IMG/VR virus record: IMGVR_UViG_3300043468_001158
Direction: 5' to 3' (one strand)
DNA from: a virus
Taxonomy: Duplodnaviria > Caudoviricetes
DNA: 64,000 nt
Part shown: positions 51,882-59,863 of the stretch, in pieces
How the letters are laid out: each line of letters starts with the position of its first letter
How positions within the stretch are numbered: position 1 is the stretch's first letter
Notes under the pieces: generated by a model
Seen by the model: only the letters and a program-made list of their open reading frames with translations
Database searches by the model: none
What the model was told of the DNA's origin: nothing
Position numbers and translations under genes: made by a program

Positions 51882-52294
51882 GTAGAACTCTTTCATGGGA
51901 CGTTAATAACGACGGAGATAAGGTTGAAGTTTTTGTGTATAACAATACGTTACACGTTCAAGAACCAACCTTACTTTCTATTTCAATTAGCGAAATCAAA
52001 CAAGCGGCTGATAGCAAAAAGTTCCAAAGAATGTCAAAAATCAATGAACATAGGAAGGATGTTATGCCATCAAACAAATCAAAAGCAAATTTGTCTATTA
52101 CCGTTACAGAAGCTAAAGCTTTTGCTGAATGGATTTTAGAACATGCAGAAACGTGTCCTTACATCAAAGACCATGAAGAAGTCTTTACTCAAATTCACTT
52201 CAAAACTTCTCATGAAAGTGGTATCGGTCCAACTCATATCGTCACATGTGATTGCGGTGAATCGATTGACATTACTGATGTAAGTTCTTGGTAA
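51878..52294 (+). CDS. Hypothetical protein (138 aa; C-terminal Cys/His cluster)
   Basis: ATGA overlap; CPY...H...HIVTCDCG. Confidence 0.6.
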   Translation: MSRTLSWDVNNDGDKVEVFVYNNTLHVQEPTLLSISISEIKQAADSKKFQRMSKINEHRKDVMPSNKSKANLSITVTEAKAFAEWILEHAETCPYIKDHEEVFTQIHFKTSHESGIGPTHIVTCDCGESIDITDVSSW

Positions 52295-52378
52295 TATAAG
52301 ATAAACTGATTACAAGTGTGGCATATACGATTAAATAGTTTATGCCACTAGTAATCATACAATAAGAAGGATAAAGAT

Positions 52379-52681
52379 ATGAACACTCTACAATTACCCA
52401 CACATCATGATGTAAATCTAAGCTTGGACTTCAATGATAATTGTATCATTATTCAATTAGAGCTAAATAGCCCAGAACGTTTTAGCTTTGAAGACGAATA
52501 CGATATCAATGTTATTGATAAGGTAAGCAAAGAGTCCGGAGTTCCTATAAGCCAAATCATTCTCAAAGGTTTGTTTTTAGAACTTCAGGAAATTGGTGTG
52601 ACAGTAAGTTATGAAAATGAACAGTACATCAAACAACAAGTTGAAATGTACTGTGACTATTGCACCTTAGGCGACTACTAA
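52379..52681 (+). CDS. Hypothetical acidic protein (100 aa)
   Basis: AAGGA RBS; TAAATA at 52332-52337. Confidence 0.6.
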   Translation: MNTLQLPTHHDVNLSLDFNDNCIIIQLELNSPERFSFEDEYDINVIDKVSKESGVPISQIILKGLFLELQEIGVTVSYENEQYIKQQVEMYCDYCTLGDY

Positions 52682-52687
52682 AAACTA

Positions 52688-52716
52688 TTTACAACTAGTA
52701 AAGTCTATGGTATAAT
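52688..52716 (+). promoter_or_regulatory. Early promoter TTTACA-N17-TATAAT
   Basis: Exact consensus followed by AGAC. Confidence 0.8.
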
Positions 52717-52764
52717 AGACCTGTAAGTAAAGTTTTATTTCAATCTTTTATACAGGAAAATACG

Positions 52765-53016
52765 ATGACTACTAAACCTGATTATTCTGACAATGCTTTC
52801 TTCTCAATGAAGTTTATTGCTTCATTGCAAAATGAAAAAGATTTGACAAAAGCAAAGGAACGTGCTTACGAAGAAGTTAAAGCTAAGTCAAACGCTCGCC
52901 CAAAAAATATTGCAAAAGCAAATGCTCAAATCGCTAACGCTAAAAACATCAAACAACTAATGCAAGGTTGTGTCAATTTTCAGTTAGCCCATGATGGATT
53001 AGGCGTTATCAAATAA
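52765..53016 (+). CDS. Hypothetical basic protein (83 aa)
   Basis: AGGA RBS; directly after the promoter. Confidence 0.7.
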   Translation: MTTKPDYSDNAFFSMKFIASLQNEKDLTKAKERAYEEVKAKSNARPKNIAKANAQIANAKNIKQLMQGCVNFQLAHDGLGVIK

Positions 53017-53024
53017 TCCCGCTC

Positions 53025-53762
53025 TTAATTAGAAAGGGATGTTTGTTCTTTTACTTGCATCCCTTTCAAAAATTCAATTCCTGTCTCATCTTTTATATCT
53101 TTCAGCTTTACCAATTTACGAGGTAATAAGCTAGAAGATATCTTTTCATTCGGTACAATAAAAGACCAACTCTCAGATGACTTAGGGTCAAAAATGACTT
53201 TATACATTGCACGTGGAACTGGTATTCTATTTGGTCCGATAGTCAATGTAGTTTTACTCAACACAGGTCCAGTGAAGATAATCACTTCGCCATGCGACTT
53301 AGCAGTATCTTTAGCAAACTTTTCTAATACCTTCCAAATTCCTCGATTGTTTGACGGCTTCTGAGGCATCATGTTTGACAACAAGAAACTATCAGTCATT
53401 CCTTCAAGGGTATGCATATCTCCAGTTGGTACCATATGACCTCTATCAAAACCTGAGTTAGTATAATCATATAGTTCAGCACGTTGTCCTTTTTCTAACT
53501 CTGGGTCTGCTTTGAATAAACTCATTCTTGGTTCAGTATCTCGAGCTTCAATTGCAGTTAGTTTTTCACCTGCCCACAATGTTATTTTTTTCTCAGTAGA
53601 ATAACCAAGTTCAAATTCAGACCTGCATAGTTTAGTAATTTGATATGATAGCTTCGGTTCCAATGTATCATCAAGTTCAGGACAAGCATTTACATTGGAT
53701 GCTACTAAAATGCTACTTAGAAGAAAAGATGTAGGAGTATAATGTTTGGCGAACCTAATCAT
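53025..53762 (-). CDS. DNA/RNA non-specific endonuclease (NucA/EndoG family) with signal peptide
   Basis: DRGHM active-site motif, FLLSNMMPQ, NNRGIW, VPRAMYKVI; start re-called to MIRFAKH... with signal-like LLSSILVASNVNA. Confidence 0.88.
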   Translation of the reverse strand: MIRFAKHYTPTSFLLSSILVASNVNACPELDDTLEPKLSYQITKLCRSEFELGYSTEKKITLWAGEKLTAIEARDTEPRMSLFKADPELEKGQRAELYDYTNSGFDRGHMVPTGDMHTLEGMTDSFLLSNMMPQKPSNNRGIWKVLEKFAKDTAKSHGEVIIFTGPVLSKTTLTIGPNRIPVPRAMYKVIFDPKSSESWSFIVPNEKISSSLLPRKLVKLKDIKDETGIEFLKGMQVKEQTSLSN

Positions 53763-53903
53763 ATGAACGAGAACCTTTGTTTGAAAGTGTTTGTATAAGT
53801 ATATTTTATCACTATTTATGACACCCATAAACATCAAAATATGATTTTCTTCAAAATCCTCATTTTTCTTCAAAAATTGCCGAGTGATTAGTCATGGAAA
53901 ATG

Positions 53904-54142
53904 ATGTGTTTGAAAACTAGTATATAAATCAATAAGTTACGAAGATAATGATAAATATTTTTAGTAATAAAATCAACTACTTAGAAAAAGACAAACCAGA
54001 AGTAAAAGAGAAAATGATATGAAAATGAAGAAGAGGGAGAGACAACTAAATATAATATATACCCTTAGTCTGTCAGTTTTTCGAGTAATAAAATCAATAA
54101 GTTACACCTAAGCGAAATCAATTATATAGTCTGTCAGTTTTT
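53904..54142. repeat. Copy 2 of the ~240-bp dispersed inverted repeat
   Basis: Reverse complement of 16553-16791; WATCAANNNNTTR at 53927, 53971 and 54092. Confidence 0.95.
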
Positions 54143-54169
54143 GAGAGTAAAGTCCATAAGTGATGTCCG

Positions 54170-54198
54170 TTTACATCAACACAGAACTTGTATATAAT
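54170..54198 (+). promoter_or_regulatory. Early promoter TTTACA-N17-TATAAT
   Basis: Exact consensus directly after the repeat. Confidence 0.8.
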
Positions 54199-54230
54199 TA
54201 ACATTTGTATGTAATAGTGGAATAAATATA

Positions 54231-54503
54231 ATGAATACGACTGATATTGCCAATCGTAAAAAAATGCTCAAAAGTTTTTTGAGTCATAATAAAGTTCAAG
54301 TGACATTTACCAAAGTCAACGGCGACACACGAATAATGAACTGCACCCTCAATGAAGACTTGATACCGGTGACATTAGACAAAAGTGTTTATGAACCAAA
54401 AAATAAAGCTGATAATCCTAATACGATTGCCGTATATGATTTAGATAAGAATGCATGGCGATCTTTTCGAATTGAAAATATCATAGAAACTAAACTATTA
54501 TAA
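54231..54503 (+). CDS. WYL_2/SH3-like beta-barrel protein
   Basis: VQVTFTKVNGDTRIMNCTL...VYDLDKNAWRSFRIENI. Confidence 0.75.
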   Translation: MNTTDIANRKKMLKSFLSHNKVQVTFTKVNGDTRIMNCTLNEDLIPVTLDKSVYEPKNKADNPNTIAVYDLDKNAWRSFRIENIIETKLL

Positions 54504-54520
54504 GGGGAGATAACATACAT

Positions 54521-54907
54521 ATGAAAAAACTATACATAGCACTATTACTTTTAGCAACATCAGCAGGTTGTTCAAACATCAAGTTTGACGGACTTCAATA
54601 TGATAGGTTTGTGACTATCTATGAAGTCGCTGTAGATTTGCAAACCAAATGTAGTGACCCGTCAGCAGTTCGTAAAGATACCCAAAGTATCAAGAACTAT
54701 GTTCATCATATGGCAACATATGCGGAATTCAGGTCAAACAGTCCAGAAATCCAACGTTCATCTAAAGCACTACTTTCAATGGTCCAAGAATTCAGTGATA
54801 AGTATGCTGAAGGTATGACACCTCCATCAGTACCATATTGCACAGAAAAACTCAAAAACATTGCAGACGGCTCACGTCTCATTGCCGCAACTTTAGGAGC
54901 TCAATAA
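54521..54907 (+). CDS. Lipoprotein (128 aa)
   Basis: MKKLYIALLLLATSAGC lipobox; GGGGAG RBS. Confidence 0.75.
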   Translation: MKKLYIALLLLATSAGCSNIKFDGLQYDRFVTIYEVAVDLQTKCSDPSAVRKDTQSIKNYVHHMATYAEFRSNSPEIQRSSKALLSMVQEFSDKYAEGMTPPSVPYCTEKLKNIADGSRLIAATLGAQ

Positions 54908-54908
54908 C

Positions 54909-55154
54909 ATGGAATTGAATGACTTTCTTTTATCACCTGTCCCAGTTGTTAAGGACTTAGCTGAAAGGTCTCAACGTATCATCAAGCTTCACGAAAACAA
55001 GGAAATCTCAACAGTTGAATACATTGAACTGTTGAATGACTTGACTGACTTGAAACATATCAATGAAGACATGGTCGATTTACAAGCTATCAAAGAGTTC
55101 TGGGATTTGCTCGAACTATTGAAAAACTTGAAATTCATGGCAACCCTAATCTGA
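54909..55154 (+). CDS. Hypothetical helical protein (81 aa) coupled to the lipoprotein gene
   Basis: AGGAG RBS; starts 1 nt after the upstream stop. Confidence 0.7.
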   Translation: MELNDFLLSPVPVVKDLAERSQRIIKLHENKEISTVEYIELLNDLTDLKHINEDMVDLQAIKEFWDLLELLKNLKFMATLI

Positions 55155-55186
55155 TAACCACTTCACATTTTCTATCACATCAACCG

Positions 55187-55215
55187 TTTACATTGTATGG
55201 TTGATGTGGTATGAT
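55187..55215 (+). promoter_or_regulatory. Early promoter TTTACA-N17-TATGAT inside a 10-bp inverted repeat
   Basis: CACATCAACC (55176-55185) pairs with GGTTGATGTG (55199-55208). Confidence 0.75.
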
Positions 55216-55252
55216 AGACCCATATTCAAACAAACGTTGAGGAGAGAGTATC

Positions 55253-55525
55253 ATGGGGATGGTATTAAGTAGAGAGAGTTTTTTGCATGTTTTGGCTCAA
55301 GATGCGTTATCACGTGGATTACCTGAAGCTGCTTTTTTGAATTTTGTTGATGGCAAAGTTCGTCAAGCAAAAGAAAAACGTGATACCTTTGACACCTTTT
55401 TCAAAGTTATTCAAGATTTGAAAAGTGAAATGAACCACTTACGAAATGCTGCGTATCAACAAGGCGATGATTTTTTTGTTATGATGTTTGACTCTAATCT
55501 AAAAATCCTAAATGCCATCGTATAA
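55253..55525 (+). CDS. Hypothetical protein (90 aa)
   Basis: GAGGAG RBS. Confidence 0.7.
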   Translation: MGMVLSRESFLHVLAQDALSRGLPEAAFLNFVDGKVRQAKEKRDTFDTFFKVIQDLKSEMNHLRNAAYQQGDDFFVMMFDSNLKILNAIV

Positions 55526-55558
55526 ATAGACTTTTTATCTCAATTAGGAAATGAAACA

Positions 55559-55957
55559 ATGAAACACAATACTTTACTTATTACTGCTATTGTAGCTGCT
55601 GTGACTACTTTATCTGGTTGTGCATCAGTGACAAACTATAGACCAGTAGTTGATACTTATGGCGACCCACGTGCAGCTTTCTTATCACAAGACTCTTATG
55701 AATGCGAACAATTGGCATCAGAAAACTCAGGTGCTGCTAAAGGTGCTGCAACTGACGGTTTAGCTGGTGCCTTACTTGGTGGTGCTGCCGGTGCCGTTGG
55801 TGGTGCATTCTTGGGCAATCCGGGCATGGGAGCAGCAGTAGGTGCATCAGCCGGTGCGTTAGGTGGTGTTGCTAAAGGTGCAATTGAAGGCGATGAAACT
55901 TACAAACGTATCTATCGCAACTGTATGCGTGGACGTGGACATCGCGTCTTAGACTAA
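55559..55957 (+). CDS. Glycine-zipper outer-membrane lipoprotein
   Basis: TTLSGC lipobox, GAxxGAxxG zipper, C-terminal CMRGRGH; TATAAATA at 55521-55528. Confidence 0.85.
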   Translation: MKHNTLLITAIVAAVTTLSGCASVTNYRPVVDTYGDPRAAFLSQDSYECEQLASENSGAAKGAATDGLAGALLGGAAGAVGGAFLGNPGMGAAVGASAGALGGVAKGAIEGDETYKRIYRNCMRGRGHRVLD

Positions 55958-55991
55958 TTTTACTCACGTAGTAATAACCTTTATAACAAAT

Positions 55992-56246
55992 ATGAAATCT
56001 GAAATAAACTTTGAAAAGTGCGATGTCAATTGGTTGGATACATCTCAATTGACATCGTCTCATGTCATTACAATTGGTGTTGATATTGGAACTATGTCAA
56101 AAGCCAAAGAGCATATGGAAGCTTATGCAGCAGCGGCAAAGAAAGCTTTTGAACCAGCACGAATTGTGGTCTATCCAAAAGGTTTAGCAGAGTTCAATGT
56201 TGAAGAAGTTGTAGCTTCTCTAGCGACATCTGAAACAGAACAGTAA
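55992..56246 (+). CDS. Hypothetical protein (84 aa)
   Basis: ORF in the plus-strand operon. Confidence 0.6.
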   Translation: MKSEINFEKCDVNWLDTSQLTSSHVITIGVDIGTMSKAKEHMEAYAAAAKKAFEPARIVVYPKGLAEFNVEEVVASLATSETEQ

Positions 56247-56249
56247 GTA

Positions 56250-56432
56250 ATGACTGCTACGTCAGAGCAATTAGGTATCGATGATGCTCAACGTCATCGA
56301 TATCAACTTCTGATAAAAGCAGAAATACTAACAGAGAATGGTGAATATCATCCAAGATGGTTTTCACAAGAAACAATAGAACGAGATAAACAACATAGAA
56401 ATCAAACTCAGAAGAGGAATAACGAAAGATGA
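56250..56432 (+). CDS. Hypothetical protein (60 aa)
   Basis: ATGA overlap with the next gene. Confidence 0.55.
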   Translation: MTATSEQLGIDDAQRHRYQLLIKAEILTENGEYHPRWFSQETIERDKQHRNQTQKRNNER

Positions 56433-56875
56433 CTTCATTACTACAACAAATCAAAGACCGTTCGCTTGAAGCTCGCAAGGCTAAAGCGCCTGAAGCAGTG
56501 TATCTAACAACTTTGTTAGGCGAAGCTTCTCGTCCTGGTAAAGACGATGGCAGTCGTGAAAGTACTGACGAAGAAGTACTGAAAGTTTTGACTAAGTTCA
56601 AGACCGGTGCTCTTGAAATGCTTGATGTCTTCGAACGAGTTGAAGATGTTAATAAGATTATCGTGACCGAACGCGAACTTGCAATCTTGGACAGTTATCT
56701 GCCAAAGCAAATGTCAAACATCGAGCTTGAAAACATCATTGCCAAGTTTGTCGTTGATGCAGATAAGACACCATCAATTGGTATGATTATGGCATACTTG
56801 AAGTCTAACTATGCTGGTCAGTATGATGGTAAAGCTGCTTCAGTATTTGCTAAGTCTGCGATTGAGGAACTGTAG
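56429..56875 (+). CDS. GatB/YqeY-domain protein
   Basis: LEARKAK...LTTLLGE...DEEV...ELAILDSYLPKQMS...GMIMAYLK...YDGK. Confidence 0.85.
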   Translation: MTSLLQQIKDRSLEARKAKAPEAVYLTTLLGEASRPGKDDGSRESTDEEVLKVLTKFKTGALEMLDVFERVEDVNKIIVTERELAILDSYLPKQMSNIELENIIAKFVVDADKTPSIGMIMAYLKSNYAGQYDGKAASVFAKSAIEEL

Positions 56876-56887
56876 GAAATGTAGGAA

Positions 56888-57088
56888 ATGAAAATCAATC
56901 TCCAATTATTTCTTATCGTACTTCTGTTGTTTAGCATTATGCCATTGCTAAAATACTTAGACATTTCTAGACAAACCTCAGAAAATGTGATACAATGCAT
57001 TGGAGATTACAGCTTTTCGCAAGACTTTCTGGATTTTTGGCGACCATATGAAGACGAAAATCCAGAACATATCAGATGTAATGACTGA
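56888..57088 (+). CDS. Small membrane-anchored protein (66 aa)
   Basis: N-terminal TM LFLIVLLLFSIMPLL; stop codon overlaps the 5-prime end of the tRNA-like RNA. Confidence 0.55.
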   Translation: MKINLQLFLIVLLLFSIMPLLKYLDISRQTSENVIQCIGDYSFSQDFLDFWRPYEDENPEHIRCND

Positions 57089-57207
57089 ATAGCTTAATCG
57101 GCAGAGCATCTCAGCTAGGGCAGGGGGTTAGGTTCGATTCCTAACAGATAAGTGGCGCCTGTAAGTCCGCATGAGGTAGGTAGTGGGTTCGAACCCCCTT
57201 TCAGTCA
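57083..57207 (+). ncRNA. tRNA-like RNA whose anticodon loop is replaced by a 58-nt domain with a second T-arm
   Basis: GACTGAA/TTCAGTC acceptor stem; D-arm GCTT-AATCGGCA-GAGC; stem TCTCA/TGAGG; T-loop TTCGAAC; insert contains GTTAGG-TTCGATT-CCTAAC; no encoded CCA. Confidence 0.8.
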
Positions 57208-57240
57208 ATCCTTTCATAACAACACACGAGGAATAGAGTA

Positions 57241-57417
57241 ATGATTACTGCTAACATACAAAGCAATCCTGATGCGCTAATAGCTGACTTAGTTGAGCTT
57301 GCACGCACTTATGGATGGTTTGGCGACTATTTGGAAGTCCGTGATTTCGTAGAATGGTCAATTGAACATTTGGGTAAAGATGCAGATAACTATGAGCTTG
57401 AACCTTATGAAGACTAA
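57241..57417 (+). CDS. Small acidic hypothetical protein (58 aa); absent from the ORF track
   Basis: GAGGA RBS; MITANIQSNPDALIADLVELARTYGWFGDY... Confidence 0.6.
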   Translation: MITANIQSNPDALIADLVELARTYGWFGDYLEVRDFVEWSIEHLGKDADNYELEPYED

Positions 57418-57418
57418 T

Positions 57419-57820
57419 ATGGAAGAAGAACGTTTTAGGTTCTCAACAATCGATGGTACTTTGAATGACAAGTGGTTGATGTTTGATTTGCCACGTGAAA
57501 AGACAAATCTTCCAATGGTATCACTTGCTCTAACTAAGAACTGTGTATCAGACGACAATGGTCCAAGAATTCGTATTGCTATTCATGATGGCGACATTGT
57601 TGATACTTCATCTGAACTAACATCATTCTTCTTTGGACATTCATATGTCAAAGGGCCATTTGATGTTATCATGACAAAACCACGATTTGAACTGGTTGAA
57701 GGTTTTATCAAGCTCAATCGTCAAGTTCTTTTGGATTTTTGGAATTGCAATATCAATGGTGCTCAATTGTTAGATGACATTGTTCCGTATAGTCATAGAT
57801 TGTATAGCAGCTGGCTATAA
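57419..57820 (+). CDS. Hypothetical protein (133 aa)
   Basis: Start re-called to MEEERFRF, 1 nt after the upstream stop. Confidence 0.6.
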   Translation: MEEERFRFSTIDGTLNDKWLMFDLPREKTNLPMVSLALTKNCVSDDNGPRIRIAIHDGDIVDTSSELTSFFFGHSYVKGPFDVIMTKPRFELVEGFIKLNRQVLLDFWNCNINGAQLLDDIVPYSHRLYSSWL

Positions 57821-57851
57821 ATACCTTTTAGATAATAAAGGAGAGTATATA

Positions 57852-58199
57852 ATGAAACGTTATCAATTAGGAGCATTGTTAGGAATAATCGGTTTTATGA
57901 CGAGCATGTCTATTCATGCTTATGATGGCGATTACTATTATGATACTCAACCGCCACGATATTATCAACAACCGTCTTCTGGTAGTATCACAATCCCACT
58001 TGGGAATACTTACAATTCTCCAAGCATTACATTTTCAGTTCCAACCTATGTTAGACCTCCTGTAGTGTATGAGCATCACTATTATGCACCTCCAGTAGTG
58101 TATCATCGTCCATACTACTATAGAGGATATACTTCTTACCGTAGCGGAGAACATAGACATCACCACGGTCATTATAATAGTCATCATTATGATGACTAA
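57852..58199 (+). CDS. Secreted Tyr/Pro/His-rich low-complexity protein
   Basis: Start re-called to MKRYQLGALLGIIGFMTSMSIHA (signal-like) after AAGGAG; TATAAATA at 57816-57823. Confidence 0.7.
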   Translation: MKRYQLGALLGIIGFMTSMSIHAYDGDYYYDTQPPRYYQQPSSGSITIPLGNTYNSPSITFSVPTYVRPPVVYEHHYYAPPVVYHRPYYYRGYTSYRSGEHRHHHGHYNSHHYDD

Positions 58200-58271
58200 G
58201 AAAGCATATATCATTGCTCTTCATGTCATTGTATTTGGATTGATTTTTTATATGCATTTGCTAATTAACCG

Positions 58272-58300
58272 TTTACATTCTGAAAAAACTAGTATACAAT
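58272..58300 (+). promoter_or_regulatory. Early promoter TTTACA-N17-TACAAT
   Basis: Preceded by AACCG like sister promoters. Confidence 0.75.
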
Positions 58301-58377
58301 GTCCTTCAGAATCAAGTGAAACTCGTGACATCCAAGTCACTACTTATCAACTATAACTACGAAGAGAGAGAACTATC

Positions 58378-58569
58378 ATGATGAAACGTATTCTTATTAG
58401 CCTTGCAATTATTTTCGCACTCATTGTTGGTCTTTATGTTTTCAATTACGAAAAAGCCATGAAAGACATGGAATTTAGACGTACTTGTGACAGCCAAAAT
58501 GGCTTCATCATTGCAGATGAAGTTGGTGGTAAATACTGCTTACGTCGCAATAATGAAATAAGTCAATAA
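58378..58569 (+). CDS. Small membrane-anchored protein (63 aa)
   Basis: N-terminal TM segment; periplasmic Cys pair. Confidence 0.65.
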   Translation: MMKRILISLAIIFALIVGLYVFNYEKAMKDMEFRRTCDSQNGFIIADEVGGKYCLRRNNEISQ

Positions 58570-58576
58570 CCTTTTC

Positions 58577-58653
58577 AGGCCGGAAGCTTAAGCGGTATAA
58601 GCAACTCCCTCATAAGGTGAAGACAGCGGGTTCGAATCCCTCCCGGCCTACCA
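58577..58653 (+). tRNA. tRNA with CAT anticodon (Met or Ile2)
   Basis: AGGCCGG/CCGGCCT acceptor stem, GCTT/AAGC D-stem, loop CTCATAA, T-loop TTCGAAT, encoded ACCA; anticodon stem has two mismatches. Confidence 0.8.
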
Positions 58654-58713
58654 TTTTCATACTATCTCCATAAATAGTGGTATAACCAAATACACTTATA
58701 TGGAGATAACGAT

Positions 58714-59007
58714 ATGAACACTCAAAAACCTGACACTACAGAAGAAATCACAAAACCTAATCAACTTGATACATTGGGTATTCTTGATGATGGCAAGATT
58801 GATATGCAGGACGCGAAGCGCATCATTCAAAGCAAGACAATCTGGGTAAATTTGTTAGCTTTTGTAGCATTCTTTTTACAGAGCAAGTACGGTTATGTCA
58901 TGGATGAAGGTATGCAAGCTCAAATCTTGACTATCATCAATATTGGTCTTCGTTATGTCACTTCTACTCCAATCGTATGGGGCGGACCAGAAAAAGCTGC
59001 AAAGTAG
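58714..59007 (+). CDS. Holin-like small membrane protein
   Basis: QSKTIWVNLLAFVAFF...ILTIINIGLRYVTSTPI (2 TM); CATAAATAG late promoter (TAAATA at 58671-58676); GGAG RBS. Confidence 0.6.
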   Translation: MNTQKPDTTEEITKPNQLDTLGILDDGKIDMQDAKRIIQSKTIWVNLLAFVAFFLQSKYGYVMDEGMQAQILTIINIGLRYVTSTPIVWGGPEKAAK

Positions 59008-59009
59008 TG

Positions 59010-59273
59010 ATGAACCGATACAATCAAGGCTTCTGGAAGTTTGGTCCTATGGAGCAATGCAAGGATGGCATTTGGGGTAAGTATGCAGACTTTTTGCGAG
59101 TTCTTCAATATGCAGTAAAAAGCAAGAACGAACAAATTGAAGAACTCACTGAAGAATTACGTATAGCTCAAATGAAAATCAAGAAGCTTGAATCTCGCTT
59201 ACAGTTTGTCGATAATGAACATCGTTCTTTTATTGACAAAATAATCAAACATCTTTTTCCAATGGCACAATAA
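59010..59273 (+). CDS. Hypothetical coiled-coil protein
   Basis: Start re-called to ATG 59010, just after the holin-like stop. Confidence 0.55.
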   Translation: MNRYNQGFWKFGPMEQCKDGIWGKYADFLRVLQYAVKSKNEQIEELTEELRIAQMKIKKLESRLQFVDNEHRSFIDKIIKHLFPMAQ

Positions 59274-59276
59274 CAT

Positions 59277-59453
59277 ATGAAAGCTCTACTTATCTTAATC
59301 ACAATCACGATGGTTCTTACTGCGTGTGGAACAACAAGTGTCTATCAAGATGATGGTTCAAAACAACCGTCTGGCTATCATCGCAATGAATACAGTCATC
59401 GTCATGGCAATGCACCACCTGTTCCTGACCAAAACCAACTTCCGCAAAAATAA
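59277..59453 (+). CDS. Small lipoprotein (58 aa); absent from the ORF track
   Basis: MKALLILITITMVLTAC lipobox. Confidence 0.65.
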   Translation: MKALLILITITMVLTACGTTSVYQDDGSKQPSGYHRNEYSHRHGNAPPVPDQNQLPQK

Positions 59454-59456
59454 CCG

Positions 59457-59485
59457 TTTACTTTAGTCCTTCTGCTTGTTATAAT
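59457..59485 (+). promoter_or_regulatory. Early promoter TTTACT-N17-TATAAT
   Basis: AACCG before and AGAC after; followed by a 10-bp hairpin. Confidence 0.75.
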
Positions 59486-59520
59486 AGACTCATAATCTTA
59501 AAACCTTATGAGTCTTTTAT

Positions 59521-59814
59521 ATGGCAGTTCAAATTCGTGGTACTCAACAACAGATAGTTTCTATCAATGTGTCTGAATCAGACCTGATTAGCGCAGTTCT
59601 TTCTTTAGTTGAAGACATCTATGTTCCACTTGAGTCCATTGAGGCTATCAATCCCGCTGGTTATATTGTTCAGACTGAATATGATATGCATAATCATGAC
59701 CCACGAAGTGTAGTCACTGATGTACTTGCAACTGAACAAGACAGGTATTATGTAGACTTTCGCGAAAAACTTCTTACACTAAGATATCATCTACGTAAGA
59801 AATCTGGTATATAA
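59521..59814 (+). CDS. Hypothetical protein (97 aa)
   Basis: First ORF after the promoter. Confidence 0.65.
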   Translation: MAVQIRGTQQQIVSINVSESDLISAVLSLVEDIYVPLESIEAINPAGYIVQTEYDMHNHDPRSVVTDVLATEQDRYYVDFREKLLTLRYHLRKKSGI

Positions 59815-59863
59815 TACAACTTTATCGTAATACTTATAAACATATCACAAGAGGTAAATCAAA

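Noticed and set aside
57114-57120. Amber suppressor (CTA) reading of the 57083 RNA, implying a recoded genome
   Set aside because: The CTA is not in a 7-nt loop, and TAG ends several normal genes (2580, 56875, 59007) with long ORFs intact under the standard code.
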